DNA of 64,000 nucleotides. Origin: Octopus sinensis (taxonomy: Eukaryota). The stretch covers positions 50,716,001-50,780,000 of the forward strand of contig NC_043004.1 in assembly GCF_006345805.1 (NCBI RefSeq), given 5' to 3'. Within the stretch, counting starts at the first letter, position 1; each line of letters opens with the position of its first letter. Shown here piece by piece: positions 52,164 through 64,000 of the stretch. Under the pieces are notes generated by a model, which was not told where the DNA came from, made no database searches, and worked only from the letters and a program-made list of their open reading frames with translations. The translations under genes were made by a program, and so were the position numbers.

Positions 52164-53379
52164 CTCTTATGATAAAACGCAGATTTTCTCTGCCTCCCAA
52201 ATCGTTCGTTTTTTATACAATTGTACAATATAGAATTTCTTCAATTGGAATTTACCTATGATTTTTCGAAGTAGATTCCATTGGGTCATGGCATGTAAAG
52301 TTTTTTCAATTTCACCCCCAATTAAGCAAAAATTCGAGAAAACTCAATATTTTACGATTTCCCTTTCTCATTTCAAGTGCTTCACTCCTTCTATTACCAC
52401 CACACTTTCTCCTACTTTCTCTTTGCAAGTGTGCAACAATTAAAGTGAAAGTATTTATATAACAGGGACGAGCCATTAATACTGGTCATCCTTTTTGCTA
52501 GAGGAAGATCCGCTATGGTCTTATATGCTATATCACTGGTTTTCAATTCATATTAATCAAATTAATATTCAATTTTTCACCCTTATTATGTGTGTGTGTG
52601 TGTATTAGCAATTCGTATAAAATTGCATCAATGACTTGAACTTGAATAAGTGGTTTCACATAAATGGGGATAAATTAAAAAGGTTTGTTGTTATTATTAT
52701 TACTGTTTGACTATTGTAATCACGTTTGTTGGTTCCTCGTCAGGGAAACGTTGTTATGTTGCATTTGTTAAATAATTGTAAACCGTAACCCTCCCCCTTT
52801 CGGAGAAGGGTCTTTGGTTATTGTTTAAAAATTGAATTGTGTCCCTGTTTGGGGAAACTGACAATATTTTTACCGTCTTTACGGAAGCATTTTTGTTAAA
52901 ATGCTTTTGATAGAAGAAAGTCCAAAAATGAATTTCGCTGCAGCCGTACACTTCTATACAAGAGGGAGGACAAGATCCAATTGATCAAAATTGCAAGAGA
53001 CGGGCCTACAATTCCAGTCTGTTATATATTTTGAGTATTGTTATCACTAGCGATATCAAGATATAACTTTGTATTTTGTATTTTATGTGTAGATGTATAT
53101 ATATAGATGTACATGTAATATGTACACATATATACATGCATAATATATCTACCCATACGCACACACACACATACATAGGGGCAGGTGTGGCTGTGTGGTA
53201 ACAAACTACGTTTCAAACACATGGTCCTGGGTTCAGTCCCACTGTGTGGTGACTTGGCTTGTGTCTTCTGCTGAAGCTTCAGACCAACAAAAGCCTTCTC
53301 AGTGGATTTTGTACATATATACAGGCATACATACATATATATATACATGCATACGTACATATTCGGCATAAACACTCTA

Positions 53380-54172
53380 CCACTACAACTAATAACTGTT
53401 GGGAACACTTTCAAACCTGCCTTACATTCGAACCGGAATCTCAAAAACATTGTCCTCCTCAGCGCCAAGCTCAACTGCTCTATCCTGACATGGAGGGTAT
53501 CAGCAATGAAATCTATAACAAAACACTCATTGACGTTGAAGACAGAATTGCTAAACTGGGTGGAAATGAATTGTCGACGCAGGAAACACAACAAAAAACA
53601 TTCAAACACACACACACACACGTGTGTATTTGTTACAGTTGTCAATTGTTGAAAGAAACAAATTGTAAGCTAAGAAGGTGTGCGTGCGTGTGTGTGTGTG
53701 TGTGTGTGTGAGTGTGAGTGTGTGTGTGTGTGTAGGAAGTGAAGGATAAAAATATAGACCTTTTATTTCCGTACAGACAACATAACACTATCAACCTCAT
53801 ACCACTACATAGGGCATCCATTCTCTTTTAACACAGCATGAAGTTTTGTAACAGCACATCCGCTGCCGTTCGTGGAAAACGAAGAGACCCTATTCACCTG
53901 CGAGCGTTTTACACCGCCTTCCACGACTGTCAAATTCTTACAATTATGAGAACAATAACATGGCTCTTTTCAAGGCAACCTCGCATTCAATTTTTACACC
54001 ATTCTACGAGGGGGTAGGAACCTCTTTACACGGCTTTCTATACACTTACAAATACATTCATTCGCCGTAAACTTATATCAATATTTGCCTGAATAATCAT
54101 CATAATTCAGTGCAATCATTAACAGTACTTTCAAGCAATTCTGCCCCGAGCATCGCCGGGCAATTCTGCTAG
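53380..54172 (+). mobile_element. Helitron 3' part with a RepHel-like coding remnant
   Basis: Peptide YPDMEGISNEIYNKTLIDVEDRIAKLGGNELS resembles the Helitron Rep-helicase linker (from memory); ends with hairpin gccccgagcatcgccgggc and CTAG|T. Confidence 0.7.
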
Positions 54173-54858
54173 TACATATATAAAAGCAAGTTGTCTGTGT
54201 CAAGTTGCCGTCTACACCTGTTATCGAATTTTCGTGAAACTTTTTAAAGAAGCTAAAGTAGCGTCCAGTTTGTTACTAGGCTCATTGAAGTTTAATAATA
54301 ATCTATAATTGGATGCCTTCGACCCCTAGAAGGGATCCACATATATAACCATTACCCGCCAAGGGAAATAACTCATTCATTTTCTTATATATATGAATGA
54401 AAAAAATGTATAATAAATACGTCTCGATTTATTAAACAAGTATTCTACATTACGTAGACTTTCTTACAAGAACTTGTCAGACAAGGTCAGTGATTTTATT
54501 GGGTATAAATCAAGTTGAGTAAGTTTATTTCTTAATATTTGAACTGTTTGAGTTATTTTCGCAATATACCCAGTACAGCCCTTAAACAAGTCAATAGTAT
54601 TTTCCAAACCAATAATCCACTCATTTCAGTTTGTAACTTATTCACGAATATACTATGAATGACGATGCCTTTCATGTCACTTCACCCAATTGACAAGCGC
54701 TGCATGAAGAACTGTTCTGCTTTTAGACAAATGCTCTGTCATCACAAATGTCACACCTTGTTTAATTTATATTGATAGATGTGTTAATGTTTTGTAACGA
54801 TGTACTCTGTGTAACAACCAACCATACAAGCAGAAAGAAATCGCCATTTATCTATCAA

Positions 54859-55229
54859 CAAGCACTATGACCCGGTGTTGCCGGGTCATAGTGCTAGTGC
54901 ATGCATATACAGCTGCGTGCGTGCGCACATACACGCGAGTATTGTCCAAATCTCCGACCAATCACATACAGCTAGCTGGCATTCAATTGGCGTATCAAAT
55001 TTCGGGCATTTTGATTGGGTTTTGGATAGAAAATTCACAAAAAAATCACTTCTATTGATTTTTTAATGACTTTGCGGGGTGACGACTGGGGAAATGTAAA
55101 GATGTGCACGCCCATCCTTGGACGGTTTTGAATGACCATAGAAAGTGCGAGCCCTCTAACTGAAAAATTGTGGATTTGTATAAAGGACGGACACATAGAT
55201 AGACATTTTGCCGTTTATATATAGAGAGA
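54859..55229 (-). mobile_element. Non-autonomous Helitron with an extended palindromic 3' end
   Basis: Minus-strand A|TCTCTCTATATATAAA start; 15-bp perfect inverted repeat agcactatgacccgg / ccgggtcatagtgct at the 3' end. Confidence 0.7.
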
Positions 55230-55375
55230 TAACATTTCAGTCAGCACTGTATTCATACAGTTCACATGCTGGTTACATATAGGGAGATTTTCTTAATTCA
55301 TTGATAGTTGTGTTGATGTTTTCGTAAGTGTTGTAAATATATTGATAATCTACATGTTATTTTATTTTTAAATCT

Positions 55376-55790
55376 CTCTCTTTTACTCTTTTACTTGTTT
55401 CAGTCATTTGACTGCGGCCATGCTCAAGCACCGCCTTTAGTCGAGCAAATCGACCCCGGGACTTATTCTTTGTAAGCCCAGTACTTATTCTATCGGTCTC
55501 CTTTTGCCGAACCGCTAGGTGACGGGGACGTAAACACACCAGCATCGGTTGTCAAGCAATGCTAGGGGGACAAACACAGACACACATATACACACATTCA
55601 TATATATATACATATATACATATATATGACGGGCTTCTTTCAGTTTCCGTCTACCAAATCCACTCACAAGGCATTGGTCGGCCCGAGGCTATAGCAGAAG
55701 ACACTTGCCCAAGATGCCACGCAGTGGGACTGAACCCGGAACCATGTGGTTGGTTAGCAAGCTACTTACCACACAGCCACTCCTGCGCCT
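55376..55790 (-). mobile_element. SINE family B, full length
   Basis: Near-identical to other family B copies. Confidence 0.9.
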
Positions 55791-55846
55791 ATATATGCAA
55801 ATTTATTTGTATGTCTACTGTAAAACTAAATGTCAGTCTTTTTCTA

Positions 55847-56460
55847 TTCGGTTGGCAACTAAGCTCCCGCCGTTTTTTAAGTTTTGGAATTTATTGCGTT
55901 TTTAAATATTGGAATCTATTTTTTTTCGAGAATTCTATTTTTGAATCATTTTGGAATCTATTTCTTTTTTTTTTTTTTTTCAAGTTAATTTTAGTTAATT
56001 TTTGTATATTTTCAGATCATTAAAATGGAATGTCAAGTTAAGAAAAACGAGCATTTTCGACACCACCTTCTTTTTGCTTTTAATCAAGGTTCTAAGGCCG
56101 CAAACGCTGCTCGCGACATTTGTGCTGTGCATGGAGAGGGTGCCATAGCTGAAAGAACCGCTCGTGATTGGTATGCCGAGTTCAAAAATGGAAATTTTGG
56201 CCTCAAAAACGCATCTCGTTCTGGCCGTCCAGTTGAGTTCGATGAAGAGCGATTAAACCAACTTTTGCACGAAAAGTCTCGTCAAACGACAAGTGAACTG
56301 GCAGAGAAAATGGAATGCTCTCACACTGCTATAGAGAAGCATCTTCACTCTATGAGAAAGGTTCAGATGTATTGAGCATGGGCTCCGCATGCTTTAAGTG
56401 ACAACAAACATCAAAGAGCCATAATCTCCGCTGGTTTGCTTGATCGTCACCGCTCAACTC
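55847..56460 (+). pseudogene. mariner transposon 5' part (HTH domain), truncated
   Basis: ORF 56025-56375 HFRHHLLFAFNQG..AARDICAVHGE..RSGRP, then stop and WAPHAL (WVPHEL-like); TIR-like tattcggttggcaactaag upstream; cut at 56460 by a Penelope-like fragment. Confidence 0.9.
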
Positions 56461-56626
56461 AGTCTTTAACGTTTCGAACCTACGCTCTTACACAGAAAGG
56501 AACACAGAAAGAAACAGGGAGTGGTAAGGGCAAGTGCGGCAGCATGGGACAAGGGAACGAGCCGGGTTGGGAGGTTGGGTTAGAGAAGAAGCTATAGACC
56601 AAGGGGTCTCGTAGGTTGTGGGCTCG

Positions 56627-56714
<88 letters not shown>

Positions 56715-56715
56715 A

Positions 56716-57845
56716 GGGGGCGGACGGTATTTGAGGACACATGCAGTTTTAGTCATTATTTTATTTGACTAATTTTTACTGAACTTCTATTTCAGAAAAT
56801 AACAATGACAGGCCCTATGCTTACTAATGAAATGAAAAGGTATGCTTTGATTGTAGCTTTGAAGGCTTAGCATGGTGATTCTTGTTTTCTGAAAGTTGGA
56901 AGATCTTTTGGCCACGAGATTCAGTGTGAGTCAGAGAAAGAAAATGGAAGTGTATCAAAACGTTAAAAAAATTCCAAACGCTCTGATTCTATCAGAAAAC
57001 CTGAATTTATTCAGGAAGTTAAGTAAAACATTGAAGACAATCCAGGAAAATCAATGAAGGTCAATTGCAGAAAAACGTTCATGTTTCAGAAAAAACAATC
57101 AGAAATGTTGTGCATGAAGACATCAGATACAATTCATGTCAGAAAAAAACAAAAGAAAACCGTTTAATCAGATCCAAAAGACTTTTGAACAAACTTAAAC
57201 ATTCATCAGAAGGTGTGATTTTGTTTTTCTCAGATGAGAAAATCTTTGTCCAGGACCAAAAAACTAACAGAGGAAATGACAGATGGCTATGTGTAGACCC
57301 TTCTGCAAGTGTCATAGTTTTGGGAGATGTTAACAAAGTACATGTGATGCCTCCTCACTATTTTCCACAAGGCTTTAGGGTGAATGCCGCTGCGTATATT
57401 GAGGTTCTAGATAAAGTTGCCAAGCTTTGGATCGAGCATGCAATGGAAGGTCTTATGCTTTTCAACAAGATTCTGCATCACCACACAAGGCGCAACTGAC
57501 ACAAAAATCGATGGCCGACAATTTGCATGATCACATCGCCCCCAACATTTGGCCTCCTAATTCTCCATATCTCAATCCACTGGACTATCTATAGAGCATC
57601 GTTGAGAAAAATGTCAAAGAGCACTTCCTTTGAAAGCCGCCATAGTTCGAGTCATGTCCAATATAAAAAAGGACCACTTAATCCGAGCTTGTAAACGATT
57701 TCGACCACGCGTACAAGCAGTTATTATGGTGGTTTTCTTGAATGAAATTATTAAATCGATAATTTAGCTTTATGTGTTTTTTTTTTTTTTTTAATAAATT
57801 TTTGAAAACCATAAATCATTCCTCAAATACCGTCTGCACCCTCTG
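56716..57845 (+). mobile_element. Tc1/mariner-superfamily (maT/DD37D-like) transposon, decayed
   Basis: TIR gggcggacggtatttgagga / tcctcaaataccgtctgcaccc; motifs FFSDEKIF..NRGNDRW, FQQDSA, WPPNSPYLNPLDY. Confidence 0.85.
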
Positions 57846-57854
57846 CACGCGCGC

Positions 57855-57906
<52 letters not shown>

Positions 57907-58716
57907 GACGGGCTCCTTTCAGTTTCCATCTACCAAATTCACTCACTAGATTTTGATCTGTACCATGTTTCTGCTAATTGTTTTAGCTGTCCATGTAGTC
58001 ACTTGCAGGAATAGACACCTCACCCTCTAAGCTCTCTCACCATTACTCCAGCGGAGCATCCATGATGTGACGGTTGGTGGGAAAGAGGAATCCACCAGCA
58101 TTCAGCCGGTATTCATTTCAGCTTAGTAGACTGGAGCAACGTGAAATAAAGTGCCTTGTTCAAGGATTCTACGCGCCGCTCGGTCCAGGAACCGAGCTTA
58201 CAACCTTCTGCTCGTGAGCCTAACGTCCTTAGCCACAAGGCCAAGAGCCGCCACACATCGAATAGAGGGTGGCCATTAAGTATATCGATATAAAATATTC
58301 ATTGGCTGGTGTAGACAGAGTCTCATAGAAGAAGACAGTAAGAGGTAATGTGGTGGTGCCAGCGGCGGGTTCCCGATTGTGATCTTAAGATGAGAAGAAA
58401 AAAGGGCATTCTCGATTGCAAGATCGGGGTTTCGATTCTCGAAGCGTGCAGTGCATTGGATTCCTGCGCAGAACACTTCATTTCACGTTGCTTCAGACCA
58501 TTCAACTGCAAAATGAGTAGTAACCCTGCGACGGACGGTGTCCAGTTCGGGGGGGGGGTTGTGATCTTGGTCACTTATAATGCCATGGAAACCGGGAAAC
58601 AGGATCCATGTATGTCCTAGAACCCAAGAAAGTAATGTCTAGGAAACTTACTCAACTTTTGAAAGTGATTATTGTTTGTTTTATTTTTACTTTTTGCTCG
58701 AGAAACTCTACAGTGT

Positions 58717-59022
58717 ACATACGTGCGTACATACATACATACATACATACATACATACATACATACTGACATACATACATACATACATACATACATACAT
58801 ACATACATACATACATACGTACGTACGTACATACATACATACATACATACATACATACATACATACATACTGACATACATAAATACATACATATACACAT
58901 ACATAGACATATATATACACACATTCACAGACATACATGCATACATACTGACATACTGACATACCTGCATACATACACACACACGCATACATACATACAT
59001 TCGTACATACATACTGACATAC
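58717..59022. repeat. (TACA)n microsatellite
   Basis: Seen directly. Confidence 0.95.
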
Positions 59023-59362
59023 AAAAATTCTGATATACGTCTTCATCGTCTTAAATCAATATCGCTGATTATTGGTGAGTAAAAGTATATTTTGCTTTAA
59101 TTTTTATCAAAATATTATTAAATGTTATATATATATATATACATATATATAAAATATGTAAATATATAATATTTAACGTTCTATTTTGCCATTTATTGGC
59201 ATTTTTATGGACTACGTCCACATATTCGCGGTTTTTCAATATTCGCGGGTACTCTTGAAACATAACCCCCGCGAATACCGGGGGACTGTGTATACACACA
59301 TACACACACACACACATATATATATATGTATATATATAAATAAATGTATATATATATATATA

Positions 59363-59825
59363 CACGTAAAAGCACCATCCGTTCGTGGCCGTTTGCCAGC
59401 CCTGTCTGGCCCCCGTGTCGGTGGCATGTAAAAGCACCATCCGTTCGTGCCCGTTGCCAGCCTCGCCTGGCCCCCGTGCCGGTGACACGTAAAAGCACCA
59501 TCCGTTCGTGGCCGTTTGCCAGCCCTGTCTGGCCCCCGTGTCGGTGGCATGTAAAAGCACCATCCGTTCGTGCCCGTTGCCAGCCTCGCCTGGCCCCCGT
59601 GCCGGTGACACGTAAAAGCACCATCCGTTCGTGGCTGTTTGCACGTAAAAAGCACCCACTACACTCACGGAGTGGTTGGCGTTAGGAAGGGCATCCAGCC
59701 GTAGAAACACTTCCAGATCTGACTGGGCCTGACGAAGCCTTCCAGCTTCACAGACCCCAGTTGAACCGTCCAACCCATGCTAGCATGGAGAACGGACGCT
59801 AAATGATGATGATGATGATGATGAT
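59363..59825 (+). mobile_element. SINE family C 3' part with an internal dimeric tandem repeat
   Basis: 123-bp unit (two ~61-bp monomers) starting at 59363 and 59486, partial at 59609, followed by ggcgttaggaagggcatccagccgtag and a (GAT)n tail. Confidence 0.85.
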
Positions 59826-60033
59826 ACATATATATACATATATATACATACATATATATATACATACATATATATATATACATACATATATATATACATA
59901 CATATATATATATATATATGTATACATACATATATATAAACATACATATATATATATACATATGTATACATACATATATATAAACATACATACAAATATA
60001 TACATATGTATACATACATATATATAAACATAC

Positions 60034-60064
<31 letters not shown>

Positions 60065-60130
60065 CATATAATATATATATACATATATATTACATATATA
60101 TATATACATATATATATATATACATATATA

Positions 60131-63100
60131 ATGAATCTAGCAAAAGAACTGCTATAATGAATCTAGCAAAAGAACTGGAAAAAACATCCGAGCTATCACC
60201 CACCGCCATCCCCACTATTCCACCCCACTACACATGCATTAAAAAGCAATCAAATAAACAAATCACCAAAAACAATTAAAACCATCCACTCTCGCCTCAA
60301 CATTTCTGCTTAATGCCCAAGGCATCAGCCCTTCCACCAATACACAAAAATGGAAGATAAGATCCTGGAGGACTGGGTCGAGGCCCATCCAAACCACATC
60401 CCTTTCTTCGTCCTCACTGAAACCCATCTTAGTGACCTCCACTTGGAAGCCGAGGTGAAAGTTAAAAATTTCAAAACCATTCGTGCTGATCGTGTTGGCA
60501 GAAGAAAGGGTGGGACTGCCATTTATGTCCATGATTCATTCTCAACAGAAGCCATGAACATATTTTCGAATGGATACTGCGAAGCAGTCGCTGTATTCAG
60601 TCAACCCAACAACTTAACAGTAGTTGGGCTCTACAGACCCCCAAACGCCCCTACCATGCTTCAAGGAATGCCTCAACAGCATAAAGTGTTTCATTCAGCA
60701 GTGTCAACCTGACAACATTTTAATGATGGGAGATTTCAACCTTCCCGGGGTTGACTGGTCTACAAACAGTCTGCCGCCAGGTTCTTCTCTCTCAACCCCT
60801 GACAGGGAGGCAGTGGAATCGCTTCTTGACTTCATGGATGACTTCTTCTTGTCCCACTGGTACTCGAACTCAACCAAATGTCACAAAAACGTCTTAGACT
60901 TAATTTTCAGCAATCACACTGATACTATCCACAATATTGCAGTGGAGAAAACCCTACTCTCCGACCATGACATGGTTCTCTGTGATCTGAGATTTCACTG
61001 GCCAAAATGCAAAACAAATGTCATTCCTCCTGTTCATCCATTTGACACTATGGATTTCCACAATGCAAACTGGGAAGCGATCAATAATGATCTTGCACAA
61101 GTCGATTGGTCCTTCACGCACACATACACACCCACTAACATCAAAAAGTCCTGGCAGTCACTTGTAGACACATCACGAACATATGTGCAAGACACACCCA
61201 TTAAGATCTGCAAACAAATCTAAGTGTCGAATCCCTAGAAATAGAAAATCTCTCATAAGGAAAATTAAAAGAATCAACAAAAAGATCAACATGCTGAAAT
61301 ACTGTCAACAGCAACACACCAACCTCACTGCCATCTCGTCGCTAGAGATTAAAAAACATAAACTCCAAAACAACATGATGTCTATCATCAATAGTCAGCG
61401 AAGAGCTGAAGAGGCCTGGGCCATTGAGAAGATCAAACTCAATTCCAAAGTGTTCTTTTCATTTGCAAAAAAACACAGAGTCACTGGTTCTACTGTTGGC
61501 CCTCTGATTGATGAAAATGGTACTCTTCAAGACAATGCCAAAACCATGGGAGAAATATTGCAGAAACAATATTGCTCTGTTTTCAGCAATCCTGATATGA
61601 CTGATCTGGGCTGTATCAGTGATGTTACTCCCCAATACACTTTATCGGACATAACATTTGGCGCTCCTGATGTCTTAGCAGCAATAAAGGAAATGAAGCA
61701 TAATTCAGCAGTAGGTCCCGATAGGTTCCCTGCTTGTGTCTTGAAGATGTGTCAAAACCAACTTGCACCCCCCTCTAGCCAATCTGTGGCGGAACTCACT
61801 GGATGCTGGATATATACCAGAAGACCTTCTATCCCAGTCTGTTGTCCCGGTTTTCAAAAAAGGAAACAAATCGCTTGCCGTGAATTACCGTCCAATCTCA
61901 CTCACCTCTCATATCATCAAGGTATTTGAGAGGGTGCTGTGATCGCGTATGACTCACTTCCTTGAGAGTCATAATATGCTGAACCCCAACCAGCATGGAT
62001 TCCGTAATGGGAGAGATTGCCTGACGCAGCTACTGCATCATTTTGATGACATTTTGAGAGCCTTGGGAGAGGGTTCCAACACTGATGTCATCTACCTTGA
62101 TTTCAGCAAGGCCTTTGACAGGGTTGATCATAAGATCCTTCTGAGAAAGCTGTCCAATATTGGTGTCACACTGGAAAGCTGCTGCAATGGATCAAGTGCT
62201 TCCTCTCTAACAGAACCCAACATGTTGTAGTCGAGGAGTCAAATCCAGCCCAGCCAAAGTCAGCAGTGGTGTCCCACAAGGCACTGTGTTGGGCCCACTT
62301 CTCTTCATCATCTACATAAATGATATTACTGACACCATCAAACACAGCAACATCAGAACCTTCGCTGATGATTCCAAGCTCCAGAAGGTCATCAATGGCG
62401 TGGATGACCGAATAAACCTTCAGTCACCTACTGGCTGTTGTCCAATGGCGGAAAAGAATAACATGTTGCTAAATGAAGACAAATTCGAACTGATCCACTT
62501 TGGAAAGGAGGACGCTCTGAAACTCCCATACTCTCTTCCTTCTGGAGAAATTCTCATGGCATCCAACAACATCAGAGACCTGGGAGTAACAGTGGACAAC
62601 AACATAAGCTGGGCTACACATATAAGCAGCAAAGTTGACATGGCCCGCAGAATGTGTTCCTGGATTCTCAGAACCTTCCAGTCGAGAGATTCCCACGCTA
62701 TTATCCTTCTCTTCTCCACTTTTGCCCGACCCCATCTTGAATACTGCTGTCCACTGTGGTCTCCCTACACAAAACAAAATATTATGAGAATTGAAGCTCC
62801 CCAAAGGTCAATCACAAAAAGATAGATGGCATGTCAGACCTTGACTACTGGGGTAGACTAGAGAAGCTGAAATTGTATTCACTCCAACGACGCCGTGAAC
62901 GCTACATTATCTGTATGATGTGGAAAATATTCCATCAGCACTGTCCGAATGATGTTGGCATCACCTTCAAAATGCATCCAAGGCTTGGACCACGTTCCAT
63001 CCGTCCACAACAAAAATCTAAATCGCATCACATAACGACAATACGGCACAACTATTTCACCTCATTTGGACCTGCTCTCTTCAACATTACACCAGGACAC

Positions 63101-63320
63101 GTAAAAAAAGAAACTGACCACACAAAATTCAAGAAGTCTTTGGACAAATTCCTTCAAACAGTACCGGACAAACCACCCACACCCGGATATGTCTCCGCAA
63201 ACAATAACTCTCTGCTCGAATGGGCCTTGGTGCCCAAATCCTGAACTGAAAGACTTCGCCAGGTGGTGCTATTAAGTTAGACATGGCCTGGGCCAATACT
63301 GGCCAAAAACCTTTCTAAGT

Positions 63321-63321
<1 letters not shown>
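60131..63321 (+). mobile_element. CR1-clade LINE, 5'-truncated, near-complete frameshifted ORF2 (AP endonuclease + reverse transcriptase)
   Basis: APE motifs LTETHL, GGTAIYV, YRPP, GDFNLP, LDLIF, SDH; RT motifs YLDFSKAFDRVDH, SGVPQGTVLGPLLF, FADDSK, RPHLEYCCPLWSP; flanked by (TA)n on both sides. Confidence 0.93.
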
Positions 63322-63410
<89 letters not shown>

Positions 63411-63413
63411 TAT

Positions 63414-63708
63414 AATAATAGTTATCGCCATACTAATATGGCATTCTTATAAAAATAAGAATAAAGCTGTCCGCTTATTAGCTCCATGAGGCCATCGCCT
63501 TAAGTTAGCTATTTGATACACAAACTGTATCCATATACCTTCGAACAAGTAGTGTGGAGCGACTGACCTCCCTTGTTCGAAGTTTATATGGATACAGTTT
63601 GTGTATCAAATAGCTAACTTAAGGCGATGGCCTCATGGAGCTAATAAGCGGACAGCTTTATTCTTATTTTTATAAGAATGCCATATTAGTATGGCGATAA
63701 CTATTATT
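63414..63708. repeat. Near-perfect inverted repeat (136/137-bp arms, 22-bp spacer)
   Basis: 63414-63549 equals the reverse complement of 63572-63708 except for one mismatch and one indel near the loop. Confidence 0.95.
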
Positions 63709-63769
63709 TTCCGGGAACGCTGCCGCTGTTCTCTTTTAGAGAGACTTAGTAATTTTAATATTTCTATTA

Positions 63770-63835
63770 TACATATATATATATACATACATATATATAA
63801 TATATATATATATATATTATATATATATATATATA

Positions 63836-63874
<39 letters not shown>

Positions 63875-63905
63875 ATATATATATATATATATATTATAAT
63901 ATATG

Positions 63906-63958
<53 letters not shown>

Positions 63959-64000
63959 ATATATATATATTATATTATATTATATATATATATATATATA
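63770..64000. repeat. (TA)n microsatellite
   Basis: Seen directly; further long TA runs at 5350-5460, 52034-52160, 59826-60130 and 63321-63413. Confidence 0.95.

Noticed and set aside
56025-56375. SETMAR-like host gene
   Set aside because: Only a truncated mariner HTH with an in-frame stop and a TIR-like 5' end; no SET domain exons seen.

Overview
AT-rich, microsatellite- and transposon-dense animal genomic DNA. The SINE repertoire and (TA)n/(TATG)n/(GATA)n load suggest an octopod cephalopod (inference). The only host protein-coding gene I can support is a + strand TALE-class homeobox gene of the TGIF (achintya/vismay) family. Its large coding exon is 42036..43069. A short first coding exon at 14760..14826, absent from the ORF track, splices in frame across a ~27.2 kb intron to give a 366-aa protein. 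The rest is repeats: several tRNA-derived SINE families, mariner, Tigger/pogo and maT-like transposon relics, GGATC-terminated MITEs with 8-bp target duplications, hAT- and piggyBac-type MITEs, several Helitrons, an RTE fragment and a CR1-clade LINE with near-complete ORF2. The most notable signals are minimal type I hammerhead ribozyme motifs in Penelope-like repeats, a possibly rewired corepressor-binding architecture in TGIF, and long inverted repeats able to form dsRNA. All calls were made by eye without database searches, and repeat boundaries are approximate unless TIRs or TSDs are quoted.
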